Below are positions 49,509 through 59,299 of a DNA stretch of 64,000 nucleotides, in pieces (position 1 is the first letter of the stretch; each line of letters starts with the position of its first letter). The stretch lies in assembly GCA_019056785.1 (NCBI GenBank), contig DXJV01000059.1, forward strand, positions 32,001-96,000. Reading direction: 5' to 3'. Made by a program: the position numbers and the translations under genes. The DNA is from Candidatus Heimdallarchaeota archaeon (GTDB lineage: Archaea; Asgardarchaeota; Heimdallarchaeia; JABLTI01). Under the pieces are notes generated by a model. That model did no database searches, was not told the origin of the DNA, and saw nothing but the letters and a program-made list of their open reading frames with translations.

Positions 49509-50770
49509 TTGAAAACCTCCTTCGGGGGCTCTGTTATGCGCCCTTCGAGAACGGATGCAGCAACTGTTGCAGGGCTACCAAGGAAAATCCTCGTGTCCTC
49601 TTTGCATCCCATTCTCCCCTTAAAATTCCTGTTCGCTGAAGAAATGGCTGTCTCGCCCGGTGCTAGTGTTCCACCATAGGCTCCCAAACAAGGACCACAA
49701 GCCGGCACAGCTAATTCCCCTCCAGCCTCAACAAGTGTTTGGATGATGCCCTCTTTCATTCCCTCGAGTAAAACTGCTTGAGAGGCAGGATAGACAAGCA
49801 ATCGAACGCCGCGTTTGATTTTCTTGCCTTTTAGAATTCTTGCTGCAGCAGCAAGATCATCTAAGCGACCATTCGTGCAGGTTCCCAATAAGCCAACATC
49901 AACCTCTGTGTCAGGCAATTCTGCAATTGGAGAAACATTGTCCACGTTATGTGGTTTTGCAACGACGGGAACCATCTCATCGAGATGGAATTCCTCACTC
50001 TTGATATATGTTGCATCTTTATCAGGGAGAACCTTTTGGTAGAGATCCAAGGCTCGCCCTTTAAGATAGCGTTCAGTTACTTCATCCGCCTGAAACATTC
50101 CCGCCTTGCCATCCATTTCAGCAACCATATTGCACATAGTAAGACGTTCACTAATGCTGAAATCTTTAGTCGCTGCACCATGAAATTCGACTGCTTTATA
50201 ACTTGCACCATCTGAACGCATCTGTCCGATAATGGTAAGAATAACATCTTTTGCAAAGACATTAGCTGGCATTTTACCTGAGAGGGAAATTTTTATTGAT
50301 TCTGGAATGCGAAGCCATGTCTGGCCAATTGCCCAAATGCTTGCTGCCTCCGTCCGCCCAATTGGAATCCCGGCTGCACCCAAAGCTCCATGCGTGGTAG
50401 TATGAGAATCGGAACCGAAAATTACCACACCGGGGATAACATGCCCCTCTTGAGCCAACACTTGATGACAGATACCTACACCACAATCATAGAAGTACTT
50501 TATGCCTTGCTCGTTGACAAACTTCCTGATTTTTGTATGGTTGGCTGCTTTCTTCTCATCTGGGGGTGGAACAGCATGGTCCAGTGCAATGAAAATTTTT
50601 TCCGGGTCCCAAACCTTCGTTGCACCCATCGATTTGAATTTTCCAATAATTGCTGCAGAGTTGTCATGGGTCAGTATCCGGTGCGGCTCCACAAAAACTA
50701 TCGAGCCTTCTTCCGGGTCTTTAATACCCGTGACTTTACTTATGATTTTTTGTATCAGCGTTTGTGCCAT
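49505..50770 (-). CDS. leuC: LeuC/HacA-family aconitase large subunit
   Basis: DH; GICHQV; GSDSHTTT.GA; CNM..E; GTCTNGR; CGPCLG; NRNFKGRMG; ATGA overlap with the small subunit. Confidence 0.9.
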   Translation of the reverse strand: MAQTLIQKIISKVTGIKDPEEGSIVFVEPHRILTHDNSAAIIGKFKSMGATKVWDPEKIFIALDHAVPPPDEKKAANHTKIRKFVNEQGIKYFYDCGVGICHQVLAQEGHVIPGVVIFGSDSHTTTHGALGAAGIPIGRTEAASIWAIGQTWLRIPESIKISLSGKMPANVFAKDVILTIIGQMRSDGASYKAVEFHGAATKDFSISERLTMCNMVAEMDGKAGMFQADEVTERYLKGRALDLYQKVLPDKDATYIKSEEFHLDEMVPVVAKPHNVDNVSPIAELPDTEVDVGLLGTCTNGRLDDLAAAARILKGKKIKRGVRLLVYPASQAVLLEGMKEGIIQTLVEAGGELAVPACGPCLGAYGGTLAPGETAISSANRNFKGRMGCKEDTRIFLGSPATVAASVLEGRITEPPKEVFK

Positions 50771-50942
50771 TCTTTCTCACATCAACTTTTTGGTTCTTAC
50801 CTACACTACTTTCAATGATTTTTTCTTTGATAAATTTATTTCTTACTTTTGCATCTTTTTTAGCCCGATTGTATAGTTTTAAATATGTTTAGTAATGTAT
50901 TATATATGTAATTATATGTAAACAAAGCCGTTTAGAAGAAAA

Positions 50943-51152
50943 ATGATCGCAAAAGCAGCTTATCCAAAAGAAGAAGTGAAGGCAATTACTGCAATGGAAT
51001 CGCATCTAAAAAATGCTATAAATGATTTAATAGAGGAATCTGAAGATAAATCAAAATTAGTTACTCAACATGTAAGCATGATAATCACTCATTTAGCAAA
51101 AGCAGCAGCAGATTTACGTATCAAAAAACAAGAAGAATTGGAAAAGCTGTAA
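50943..51152 (+). CDS. Small helical hypothetical protein
   Basis: 69-aa amphipathic two-helix ORF in an intergenic gap behind AT-rich TATA-like sequence. Confidence 0.6.
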   Translation: MIAKAAYPKEEVKAITAMESHLKNAINDLIEESEDKSKLVTQHVSMIITHLAKAAADLRIKKQEELEKL

Positions 51153-51176
51153 AAGAAACTTTTTTCCTACTTACTC

Positions 51177-52661
51177 CTAACCGTGCTCACTTGTTGCAAT
51201 ATACGTTTTCTCTTCGATGAAGATTATTTGAGCATTGATTTCGTTTTTGTTAATAAGGTCATACAGAATTTGAACAGTCATATTATTGTCATCCTGAAAG
51301 AAGGAAGTCATAACATCGAGGGGGATTATAGAAATATTCGTAAGAAAATCATCTATCCGAGTTTTAATCATATTTTGGACGATTTTTTTAGAGAGATCGG
51401 TACCAAGCTTCGGTTTGATAATGTCTGTTAAAGTCTTAATATTTCCTTCAACAAAGCTTGTAAGGATTGTATTAATGGTTGCAATGAAATGTTCATCAAA
51501 TGTTTTCTTGACTGCCGGCAGATTGATGAAAGGTTGCCATTTTTCAGGAGAGAAAAATCGAATTAAAGAATTGGCAATTATGACTGCATTGAAATCTTTA
51601 AGCGCATCAGCATAATCGTTGCCACTCTTTTTCACGAAGATTTGTTTTATATATTTACTAACGATGAGTGTTTGCATATCGTAGTTATTTACAAAGATTT
51701 TGAGATTTAAATTGTGTATGCGTGAAAACGAAATGGTTTTGCAAAGCTTGTGGTTGATAATTAAATCGTTAAAGAATTTCTCCATCTTGGGGGTTACCAG
51801 CTTAGAGTTTGCTTCAATTGCAACTCGAATCAGGCTGTTACAAAGAACCGATTCGATTTTTTTATCTGGTTCATTATATGCGGCCGTTAATAGCTCCGAA
51901 AAATACGGGATAACTATTTCATAGTCTTGCCGTACGATTTTTGTTAAAAGTTCAGCCATTTCCAGTCGAGTTGGTAGCTCAGGGCTTGCAAGATATCTCA
52001 CAATTCCTTTGAGGATTGTTTTCTGATTTGTTTTGGATTTTTTGATTTTTTTAACAAGTTGCTCTTTAAGCGTTTGCTTCTGAGTAGGATCTTCGAGAGT
52101 AAGCAATTCCTCCAATAAAATTTTCACCGTAGTTCTTTGTGTGGTCTTCTTACTTTCTTCTTTTGGTTCGGTTTGTATCACTTCTGGTTCTTTTTGTTTT
52201 GGCAAAGGAGTGGCTTTCGTTGCTTCCGGTGGTTGTTTTTCAATCGTCTTATCTGTTCCTTGCTCAGCCTGAGACTTCTGCTGGGTATCTTTTTCTCTTT
52301 CTTCAGAAGGTGGTATAGTTTTTTCTTTGGGGGTTTTAACTTCTTGAATTTCAAATGTTACAATTTCTTCGACTGGAATTGGCTTAATGTTGAAGGTCTT
52401 TTTTAAAAGAATAACCTCACCGATTTTACTAATAGCGCTTACCGGGATAGTCTCTTCTACGATAAAATCAGTGCCAATTTCTGTCTTCACTGAAAGGCGC
52501 ATGTGCTTTTTCTTTTTCTCATCCTCAAAAACCTCTGCACAAGTGGCAATAATATCTCCCTTTGGATCGACAATTGGTTTTCCAACCAATTTTTCACTCG
52601 AATTGTCGTCCTCTCGAAATGGTCGTATCTTGCTGATCATAATTTTCACTTGTTTGGACAA
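51177..52661 (-). CDS. PRC-barrel plus linker plus alpha-solenoid with C-terminal PCI-like winged helix
   Basis: LVGKPIVDPKG..I...V and IP...ISKIGEVILL (PRC); K/E/P/T linker; IPL..M...F......QILYDLI....INAQI (PCI-like). Confidence 0.62.
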   Translation of the reverse strand: MSKQVKIMISKIRPFREDDNSSEKLVGKPIVDPKGDIIATCAEVFEDEKKKKHMRLSVKTEIGTDFIVEETIPVSAISKIGEVILLKKTFNIKPIPVEEIVTFEIQEVKTPKEKTIPPSEEREKDTQQKSQAEQGTDKTIEKQPPEATKATPLPKQKEPEVIQTEPKEESKKTTQRTTVKILLEELLTLEDPTQKQTLKEQLVKKIKKSKTNQKTILKGIVRYLASPELPTRLEMAELLTKIVRQDYEIVIPYFSELLTAAYNEPDKKIESVLCNSLIRVAIEANSKLVTPKMEKFFNDLIINHKLCKTISFSRIHNLNLKIFVNNYDMQTLIVSKYIKQIFVKKSGNDYADALKDFNAVIIANSLIRFFSPEKWQPFINLPAVKKTFDEHFIATINTILTSFVEGNIKTLTDIIKPKLGTDLSKKIVQNMIKTRIDDFLTNISIIPLDVMTSFFQDDNNMTVQILYDLINKNEINAQIIFIEEKTYIATSEHG

Positions 52662-52846
52662 GTTACCATTTGTTTTTTTCTATTTCAACCCCTCAAAATG
52701 AGAGTTTGTTCGACTGTCTTCACCTGTTTTTTCCATTTTAACAGAGTCTTTTAACATTTTTTAATGTATTTACTTGGGCTTTTTGACTAGATTTGCGGAG
52801 AATTTCTCTAATATTTATATATTGAGATAGAAAAGGTAATGGTAAG

Positions 52847-54349
52847 ATGCTCGAACTTTCACCTTATCTTATTGTGACCATTTTTAATTTGATTAAAAAG
52901 AAGCGCGGAATCACAGAAAAGGAGATCACAGAAGCACTTCGAAACCAGACGGGCCTCGAGTCAATGCGATTAACAGAGGCAATACAAAAGTCCATCACTT
53001 TTCTTTTGGAATCAAAGTTAATTGCAAAGTTTCCCGGCGAACAGATACGTTATAAGAAAATTGACAAAGCTGAGCTATCTATCTCAGATTCAATAGCAAA
53101 AGGCTTTGCACGAAAAGCCAAGGAAATCGCTCAGCGTACTATTTCCAGTGTCCCAGGTCAGAAGATTCGTGAAGCCCTTCTGGGGAAAAATGTTGTAGAT
53201 TGCATGATGCATGAGAATCCACTGATAATAAAATGTGCATCACCTTTAGGAAGAAATGAATATTTGTTTGAAATTCAAGAATTAACAAATGATGTTGAAA
53301 TTTTGCAGCAAATAAAGAGACAAGATTCTTTTCCAAATTTTCAAATCATTTACAATGCTCCAATCATCGAACACCTTGACTTGACCTTCCAAATCCCAGA
53401 AGATGTCCTTATCTCAGCCTCTGATGCAAGTAGATATACTTTCCCAGTGAAAAGCCCCATAGCAACAAATGATTTGCGGAAGTCACGACAGCTGCTATTT
53501 ACTGTAGCATCTGCTTGCCGGTGGGTAGGAAAATTCACAAAAGATGGACCAAAAGGGGAATTTCACTCAGTTCCGGACCTGGTCGACGTTGATGATAGTT
53601 TTGGCTATGCAGCCGTGGATGAAATAACTACCTTGAATCAACAAGATTTTGTGGCGGACCAAACCTTTGCAACATCTTATTTTCAAATGGAAAAGATGCA
53701 TAATGAGATCGACTTGATTGGGTTCGAAGAAACTCCAACTACCTTTCACATTCGCGATGGACCAATTGTTCCCCATAGCTATCGCGATATAAAATTTTAT
53801 GAAGCATTAGCCCAAGCAAAAAAATTGGTTGATATTGCCCTTCACCGAAATATCACCTATTTTGGTTTTGTGAAATTTTCTGCAGATAAAGCTTTGACTT
53901 CTTTTATAAATACAGCCATTTTTAATAACATCCTTAAAGGGAAGGTCCCTGATAATTTCTGGAGTGACTTTGGCCTTCTTAGTCAAGTGTTAGAGGACCA
54001 AGATGTCACAGTGCCAATCATTAGACTTGATAGGGGTTACGATGATCAGAAACGAAAGTGCCTGGTGCCATATATGAGCTTTTATTTGAAAATTTTTGAC
54101 TGGGTCTCAAGAATTGATATCCCATGGATGCTCTGCCGGACAGACCCGCTTGGTTACCGCAATCGTATAGCACAATTAGTTTATTCGCTTTCATCTATCG
54201 AATATTCAAAACCGCATACGACGCAAATTGTCCCCTTTCCAATAGCAATGGTAGATGAAATGGCGCGGATTGTTGCCCAGAATTTTATAGATATATCTAT
54301 TAAGCAGTTTTATGAAGAGCTTGGCAATCTCATTGACAATGAACTTTGA
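52847..54349 (+). CDS. NurA-like nuclease with N-terminal winged-helix extension
   Basis: SASDAS (D), MEK (E), IRDGP (D), GFVKFS, RID, PFPIAMVDEMARI; N-terminal GITEKEITEAL..I..LLESKLI wHTH. Confidence 0.72.
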   Translation: MLELSPYLIVTIFNLIKKKRGITEKEITEALRNQTGLESMRLTEAIQKSITFLLESKLIAKFPGEQIRYKKIDKAELSISDSIAKGFARKAKEIAQRTISSVPGQKIREALLGKNVVDCMMHENPLIIKCASPLGRNEYLFEIQELTNDVEILQQIKRQDSFPNFQIIYNAPIIEHLDLTFQIPEDVLISASDASRYTFPVKSPIATNDLRKSRQLLFTVASACRWVGKFTKDGPKGEFHSVPDLVDVDDSFGYAAVDEITTLNQQDFVADQTFATSYFQMEKMHNEIDLIGFEETPTTFHIRDGPIVPHSYRDIKFYEALAQAKKLVDIALHRNITYFGFVKFSADKALTSFINTAIFNNILKGKVPDNFWSDFGLLSQVLEDQDVTVPIIRLDRGYDDQKRKCLVPYMSFYLKIFDWVSRIDIPWMLCRTDPLGYRNRIAQLVYSLSSIEYSKPHTTQIVPFPIAMVDEMARIVAQNFIDISIKQFYEELGNLIDNEL

Positions 54350-54352
54350 GAT

Positions 54353-54727
54353 TCAGGTGAAAAGAATAATCCAAACAATGCCAAGTAGTAAAAACAACAC
54401 TCCGGGAATAATTGTTGCAACTAAAATAGTGAAGAGGCGTTTCATTTCATTTTCTCTAAATTCCTTCGCTTTCTTTGAAATGAACTGATAGTGGATGTTC
54501 TCTTCTTTTTGAAGCTGACTGCTGTCGGGTGCTGCTGCTTGTTTAAGGATTTCTTGGGCTATCATTCGTTTTAAAAGTCCCTTATATTTATTTAACTCGA
54601 GATTCAGGTCTGGTAAAGTAAAAGGCTCATTACCTTGTTCTTCAAGAGCAGTTAACAATACATCAATCTTGCGTTTCTTTTTCTCGCGAGGTTTTGAGTC
54701 GCCCTCTTTTTGTTTTTCAGTTGTCAT
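54353..54727 (-). CDS. Small tail-anchored protein, possible winged helix
   Basis: GAGG RBS before ATG 54727 (track 54847); C-terminal TM. Confidence 0.6.
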   Translation of the reverse strand: MTTEKQKEGDSKPREKKKRKIDVLLTALEEQGNEPFTLPDLNLELNKYKGLLKRMIAQEILKQAAAPDSSQLQKEENIHYQFISKKAKEFRENEMKRLFTILVATIIPGVLFLLLGIVWIILFT

Positions 54728-54908
54728 ACTTGTTCCTCGGTGTGAAGAAATAATTATTTCTTTATAAAATATTCGAGTACACTCTAAAACTAACTGAACA
54801 AAAATGTTTCTTGGAGAAAATAGGCGAAAGTTTTCAACACAAAACAAGTGAAAATTTTTACAGAAACTTTTTGAGAAAAAACGGCTTTCATTAAAAAGAG
54901 GGTCAAGA

Positions 54909-56546
54909 GTGTCTCATCAAGCAAACAATAAAAAAGTCACAAAAAAACAAAAAGCTGATTTGCAAGAGCACTTAACTGACCAAAGCAATTTGCCAAATAA
55001 AGAAAAGAAAACGAAAAAAATCTCCGGGAAACGCTTTTGGTCCTGGCTTACGGCAACAAAAGAACGCATCTATTCTTTGCTTTTTCTAATTTTGTTTGTT
55101 CTATTAATGATTATTTTAGGTATTTTTAGCCGCGATCCAACAATAATTATGTTGAAAATTGTTTATTGGTTCAATGATCATACCGGTGCAATTGGGCTCT
55201 ATCTAGGAGTAGCAGTAATCTCCATTTTTGGTAATTTCTTGGTATTTATCCCTTCTATGTACGCAATTGTTCTTATGTTTGTTGCAGCGACAGGACTCGT
55301 TAATGTTTGGTTGTTAGGGATTGCTGCAGGACTGGGAGCAGCAGTTGGGCAAATTGGTTCTTGGTTCCTAGGGAGAGCAACACGAGAAATGATCGATGAG
55401 CGCTCGTTAAAGCGTCTAAGAAAAGTGCAAAGGTGGATTGAGCGAGGGTTAGCACCATTCCTCATTTATTTCTTCGCGGCAACACCATTGCCGGATGAAG
55501 TATTATTAATAACTATAGGATTGGTGAATTATTCGTTAGTAAAAACACTCTTCTATTGTTTCCTGGGAAAAATAACTCTCACAGTAGGAGTAAGTATTCT
55601 GGCCAATCTCTTAAGCACAACTGCTTTTGGAAAATGGATGTTAGCAGCCCTTTTCAATCTGACCCCTGAAATGTTAGCAAATGCACAATTGCCACCAAAT
55701 AGTAATGTTTGGACCTCTATTGTTGTCTGGCTTATCAGTGCCTTGCTAATTGTTTTGGGTGGTTTTATTGATTGGGTCGAGCTGCTTGATAAAAGAAAAA
55801 GTAAAATCGACAAAAGAGCTTTGAACTTGCTTCTGAAAATAGCTAAAAAGTGCCCAGAGGAAGATATAAGCTCCCCTTTCATAACAATTACTTATTATAA
55901 GGAGGAACAAAAAGAGTTCTTCCCAGAAGATGCTTTTTGGTTCTTTGAAGAGAAATTGGCAAAGAAACGAGATGTCTATTTGCGTAAGAGTTTAATGGAT
56001 ATCTCAGCGATCGTGAACTCGGATATTGAGATCACCCTTTCTAATGAGTGGTTAAAACGCGTGCGCGAAAATTACCATAAACAACTGCTCCAGCCGAAAG
56101 AACAAGAAATAACACTCATTAAATATCCGTTCGGAAGGCTGGCTTCCGGAGTGCTTTTGAGGAATTTGCGCTTGCTCTCTTTTAAAGTGCATTTGAGAAA
56201 TATTTTACGAGAAAAAAGTATGGACTATCTTGCAATAGCACCACTCCCAAAAAGAGTTCGAAAACGGCTCTTACAACGAAAACTCACTTTTAACCTCTTA
56301 TTTGAAACTAGAGAAACAGAGTCATCCAAAGTGATCGCTTTGGGTTTAACGGAGGGAATTTATTTGCGGAGTATGGAAGAAATAACTACTTTGGAGGCAT
56401 TACAATATTGCTTGAATCTTGTTGAGGTTCTCGCTGTTGCTCCGGAAACTGTTACGAATTATATGATTTATAGGGTGAAATATTCGACAGCAATTGACGA
56501 TAAATTTATTCTCCCAAAAGAATTCGATGAGTCATACCCGATTTAG
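54909..56546 (+). CDS. VTT/DedA (SNARE-associated) family membrane protein with C-terminal soluble domain
   Basis: GLGAAVGQ..SW.LGR; FFAATPLPDE..L...G...Y.......FLGK. Confidence 0.82.
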   Translation: MSHQANNKKVTKKQKADLQEHLTDQSNLPNKEKKTKKISGKRFWSWLTATKERIYSLLFLILFVLLMIILGIFSRDPTIIMLKIVYWFNDHTGAIGLYLGVAVISIFGNFLVFIPSMYAIVLMFVAATGLVNVWLLGIAAGLGAAVGQIGSWFLGRATREMIDERSLKRLRKVQRWIERGLAPFLIYFFAATPLPDEVLLITIGLVNYSLVKTLFYCFLGKITLTVGVSILANLLSTTAFGKWMLAALFNLTPEMLANAQLPPNSNVWTSIVVWLISALLIVLGGFIDWVELLDKRKSKIDKRALNLLLKIAKKCPEEDISSPFITITYYKEEQKEFFPEDAFWFFEEKLAKKRDVYLRKSLMDISAIVNSDIEITLSNEWLKRVRENYHKQLLQPKEQEITLIKYPFGRLASGVLLRNLRLLSFKVHLRNILREKSMDYLAIAPLPKRVRKRLLQRKLTFNLLFETRETESSKVIALGLTEGIYLRSMEEITTLEALQYCLNLVEVLAVAPETVTNYMIYRVKYSTAIDDKFILPKEFDESYPI

Positions 56547-56653
56547 TGAGAAAGAAACATAGTAAGAGGAAATAAGTAAAAAGGCAAAATTTTTTTTGAG
56601 TGATTGGTTCTCTTGCTGTTAAAATTAGAAAGACTTTTATTTAAAAAAGGGAA

Positions 56654-59296
56654 ATGGTGGATGTTATAACTGAAATTTCGCAGGAGATAGCTTATTTTGG
56701 TAAGAAGCAAAAAAAAGCAGTAGTTGGCTTATGCATCGCTTTATTTTCCACAGCAACATTGATAACCTTTCTTTCTATCCCGTTGGGCTTTTTTCCCCCA
56801 CTTGGCGACTTCCTCTTCCCCGGAAGAGGGCTCTGGAATATAAACGAAGAAGTACCACCAACAGAAGTTATACACAACGATAAATTAACAAGCGATGTGA
56901 CTGTTTTTCGAGATGAATGGGGAATTCCACACATTTTCGGGGAGACAGAAAGAGACATTCTCTTCGCACTTGGGTACGTGCAAGCACAGGACCGATTATT
57001 CCAAATGGACCTCGCTCGAAGAGCCACCCTGGGACAACTGGCAGAAATACTGGGAGAAGACTTGCTTGAAAGAGATGAATATACTCTTAACAAGTTGATG
57101 GACTATTGGACAGAGCAAACATACCAAGCAATGCTCCAAAGCAATAATCCCATTGATCAAGAAATTCTCACTCTTCTCGAGTCGTTTTCAGCTGGAATTA
57201 ATTACTATCTTGATACCACCAAAGTTTTGCCACTCGAGTTTCAATTCTTAAATTACCGCCCTTCAAATTGGCAACCAAAAGATACGTTGGCGTTTATTAA
57301 GTATATGAGCGAAATGCTTACCTGGAGTTACTCTGATTTTACCAACATTTTAATTAAAAATGCCATTGGCTCTGCTGCCTTTCAAGAGCTTTTTGGTTAC
57401 CCATTACCCTATCAAATACCTATTGTGCCTGATTTTGGGAGCGATTTCAATACCAGCTTGAAAAAATCTTTGAACACAGGTGATATAACTGCTAATTTAC
57501 AGAGCGTTTATAGCCACTTGAGTGCAGATGTCTTGAAAGTAATTGTGAAAAACCCCCACGAGCAACAATTCTTAGGAAAAGAAGAGGTTCAAGGCTCAAA
57601 CAATTGGGTTGCATCCGGCAACAAAACTGCAACAGGAAAGCCAATACTTTGTAATGATATGCACCTTGGCTTTGACTTGCCGGGGATTTGGTACGAAGCC
57701 CACCTAATTAAAGAGGGTTCGGATTGGAATATTTATGGCTTCTTTTTAGCAGGCGTCCCATTCCCAATTGTTGGCCATAATAATTATGTCGCATGGGGAT
57801 ACACAAATACTGCCTTTGATGTTATAGATTGGTATTTTTACGATCGAATAAATGAAACTCATTATCTTTACAAGGGAAAGCCAACAAAATTCGGGGAAAT
57901 TTCTTACCAAATTGCTGTCCGAGGGCAAAAAGCTGTTAGCTTTACAATTAAAACCACAGTTCACGGACCCGTATTCGAGGGGTTAGTAAGCGCAAGTGAC
58001 TTCCCAGAATACGAAGATAAGATAATTGCTTGTCAATGGATGGGACAAAAAGTAACAAACGAAGCACGAGCAATCTACCTTTTCTCAAGGGCAAAAAACC
58101 GGCAAGACTTTAATCACGCATCTGAATTCTTTGCCACTCCGGCACAAAATATGATCTACGCAGACATTTATGGTAACATTGGTATTCGCCCAACAGGACA
58201 AGTACCAATCCGCAATGATACCGGCATTCCCGCTTGGCACTCCGGAAATGGCACCATGCTTTATAATGGTTCGGCCGGGCAAGGAGAATGGATAGGCTTC
58301 CTACCCTTCGAAGCGTTACCTCATTCTGAAAATCCCGCACAAGGATACCTCTGCTCTGCAAATCAGATTGTTGCTGGACCAGCATATACGAAAAATTACA
58401 CCTTACAAAACCCAACAACAATTTCCAATGGCTACCGTGCGAGAAGAATAAATGCTCTTTTAGCATCCGGCGAGAATTTGACCATAAAAGACATGCAAGG
58501 CTTCCTTCTGGATGTTTACTCAGTGAAAGCAGCCAATGTTGCTCCCTATTTAATAGCCGCACTTGAAGCTGTGCCCACAAAAACAGCACTGCAAACAGCT
58601 GTGCTTGCTGAGCTTAACAAGTGGGATTATCAAATGTTGACAACTTCTTCAGCAGCAACGATATTCAATGTTTGGTTTGAAAGGTTTCGATATCAGACGT
58701 TTCAAGATGATGTGATCAATCTCGGGGGGCCACGTTTCCCACCAAACACTATACTCGAGTGGTTGGTGAAAAATAATGCAAGCTCTCATTGGTTTGACAA
58801 AAACACAACACCACAAGTGGAAACAAGAGATGATATCATCTTACTGGCACTAACAGATACACTCGAGGCATTGGTAGACTATTTCGGAACAGAGGATATT
58901 AGTGCCTGGAAGTGGGGAAAACTCCACCAACTAAAAATTGACCATCTAACCGGCTTAAGCCCGTTGGGATTTGGTCCAATAGAAGTTAATGGCACAGGTG
59001 AAACTGTTAGCCCCTTCAGTGGCTACCGACTCTGGAAAGGAGATGGAATTCGTTTAGACTATAGTGACCATGGCTCGTCAGAACGGATGATCATTGATCT
59101 GGGAAATATGAATAATTCGCTATCAATTATCCCTTCAGGTGAAAGGGGGCTGACAAATTCGAAGCACTACACTGACTTACTCGAGATGTATTTGAAAGGA
59201 GAATATCATGAGCAATTTTTCGGTTATACGACAGCAAACTCATTTGCTCAATTACCAATTGAATCGATAATCTACTTCAAAGCAGGAGGAAATTAA
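56654..59296 (+). CDS. Penicillin acylase family (Ntn-hydrolase), membrane-anchored
   Basis: RDEWGIPHI; GYVQAQDRLFQMDL.RR; GSNNWV autocleavage site; NDMHL; TVHGP; QNMIYAD; SANQ. Confidence 0.95.
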   Translation: MVDVITEISQEIAYFGKKQKKAVVGLCIALFSTATLITFLSIPLGFFPPLGDFLFPGRGLWNINEEVPPTEVIHNDKLTSDVTVFRDEWGIPHIFGETERDILFALGYVQAQDRLFQMDLARRATLGQLAEILGEDLLERDEYTLNKLMDYWTEQTYQAMLQSNNPIDQEILTLLESFSAGINYYLDTTKVLPLEFQFLNYRPSNWQPKDTLAFIKYMSEMLTWSYSDFTNILIKNAIGSAAFQELFGYPLPYQIPIVPDFGSDFNTSLKKSLNTGDITANLQSVYSHLSADVLKVIVKNPHEQQFLGKEEVQGSNNWVASGNKTATGKPILCNDMHLGFDLPGIWYEAHLIKEGSDWNIYGFFLAGVPFPIVGHNNYVAWGYTNTAFDVIDWYFYDRINETHYLYKGKPTKFGEISYQIAVRGQKAVSFTIKTTVHGPVFEGLVSASDFPEYEDKIIACQWMGQKVTNEARAIYLFSRAKNRQDFNHASEFFATPAQNMIYADIYGNIGIRPTGQVPIRNDTGIPAWHSGNGTMLYNGSAGQGEWIGFLPFEALPHSENPAQGYLCSANQIVAGPAYTKNYTLQNPTTISNGYRARRINALLASGENLTIKDMQGFLLDVYSVKAANVAPYLIAALEAVPTKTALQTAVLAELNKWDYQMLTTSSAATIFNVWFERFRYQTFQDDVINLGGPRFPPNTILEWLVKNNASSHWFDKNTTPQVETRDDIILLALTDTLEALVDYFGTEDISAWKWGKLHQLKIDHLTGLSPLGFGPIEVNGTGETVSPFSGYRLWKGDGIRLDYSDHGSSERMIIDLGNMNNSLSIIPSGERGLTNSKHYTDLLEMYLKGEYHEQFFGYTTANSFAQLPIESIIYFKAGGN

Positions 59297-59299
59297 TAA

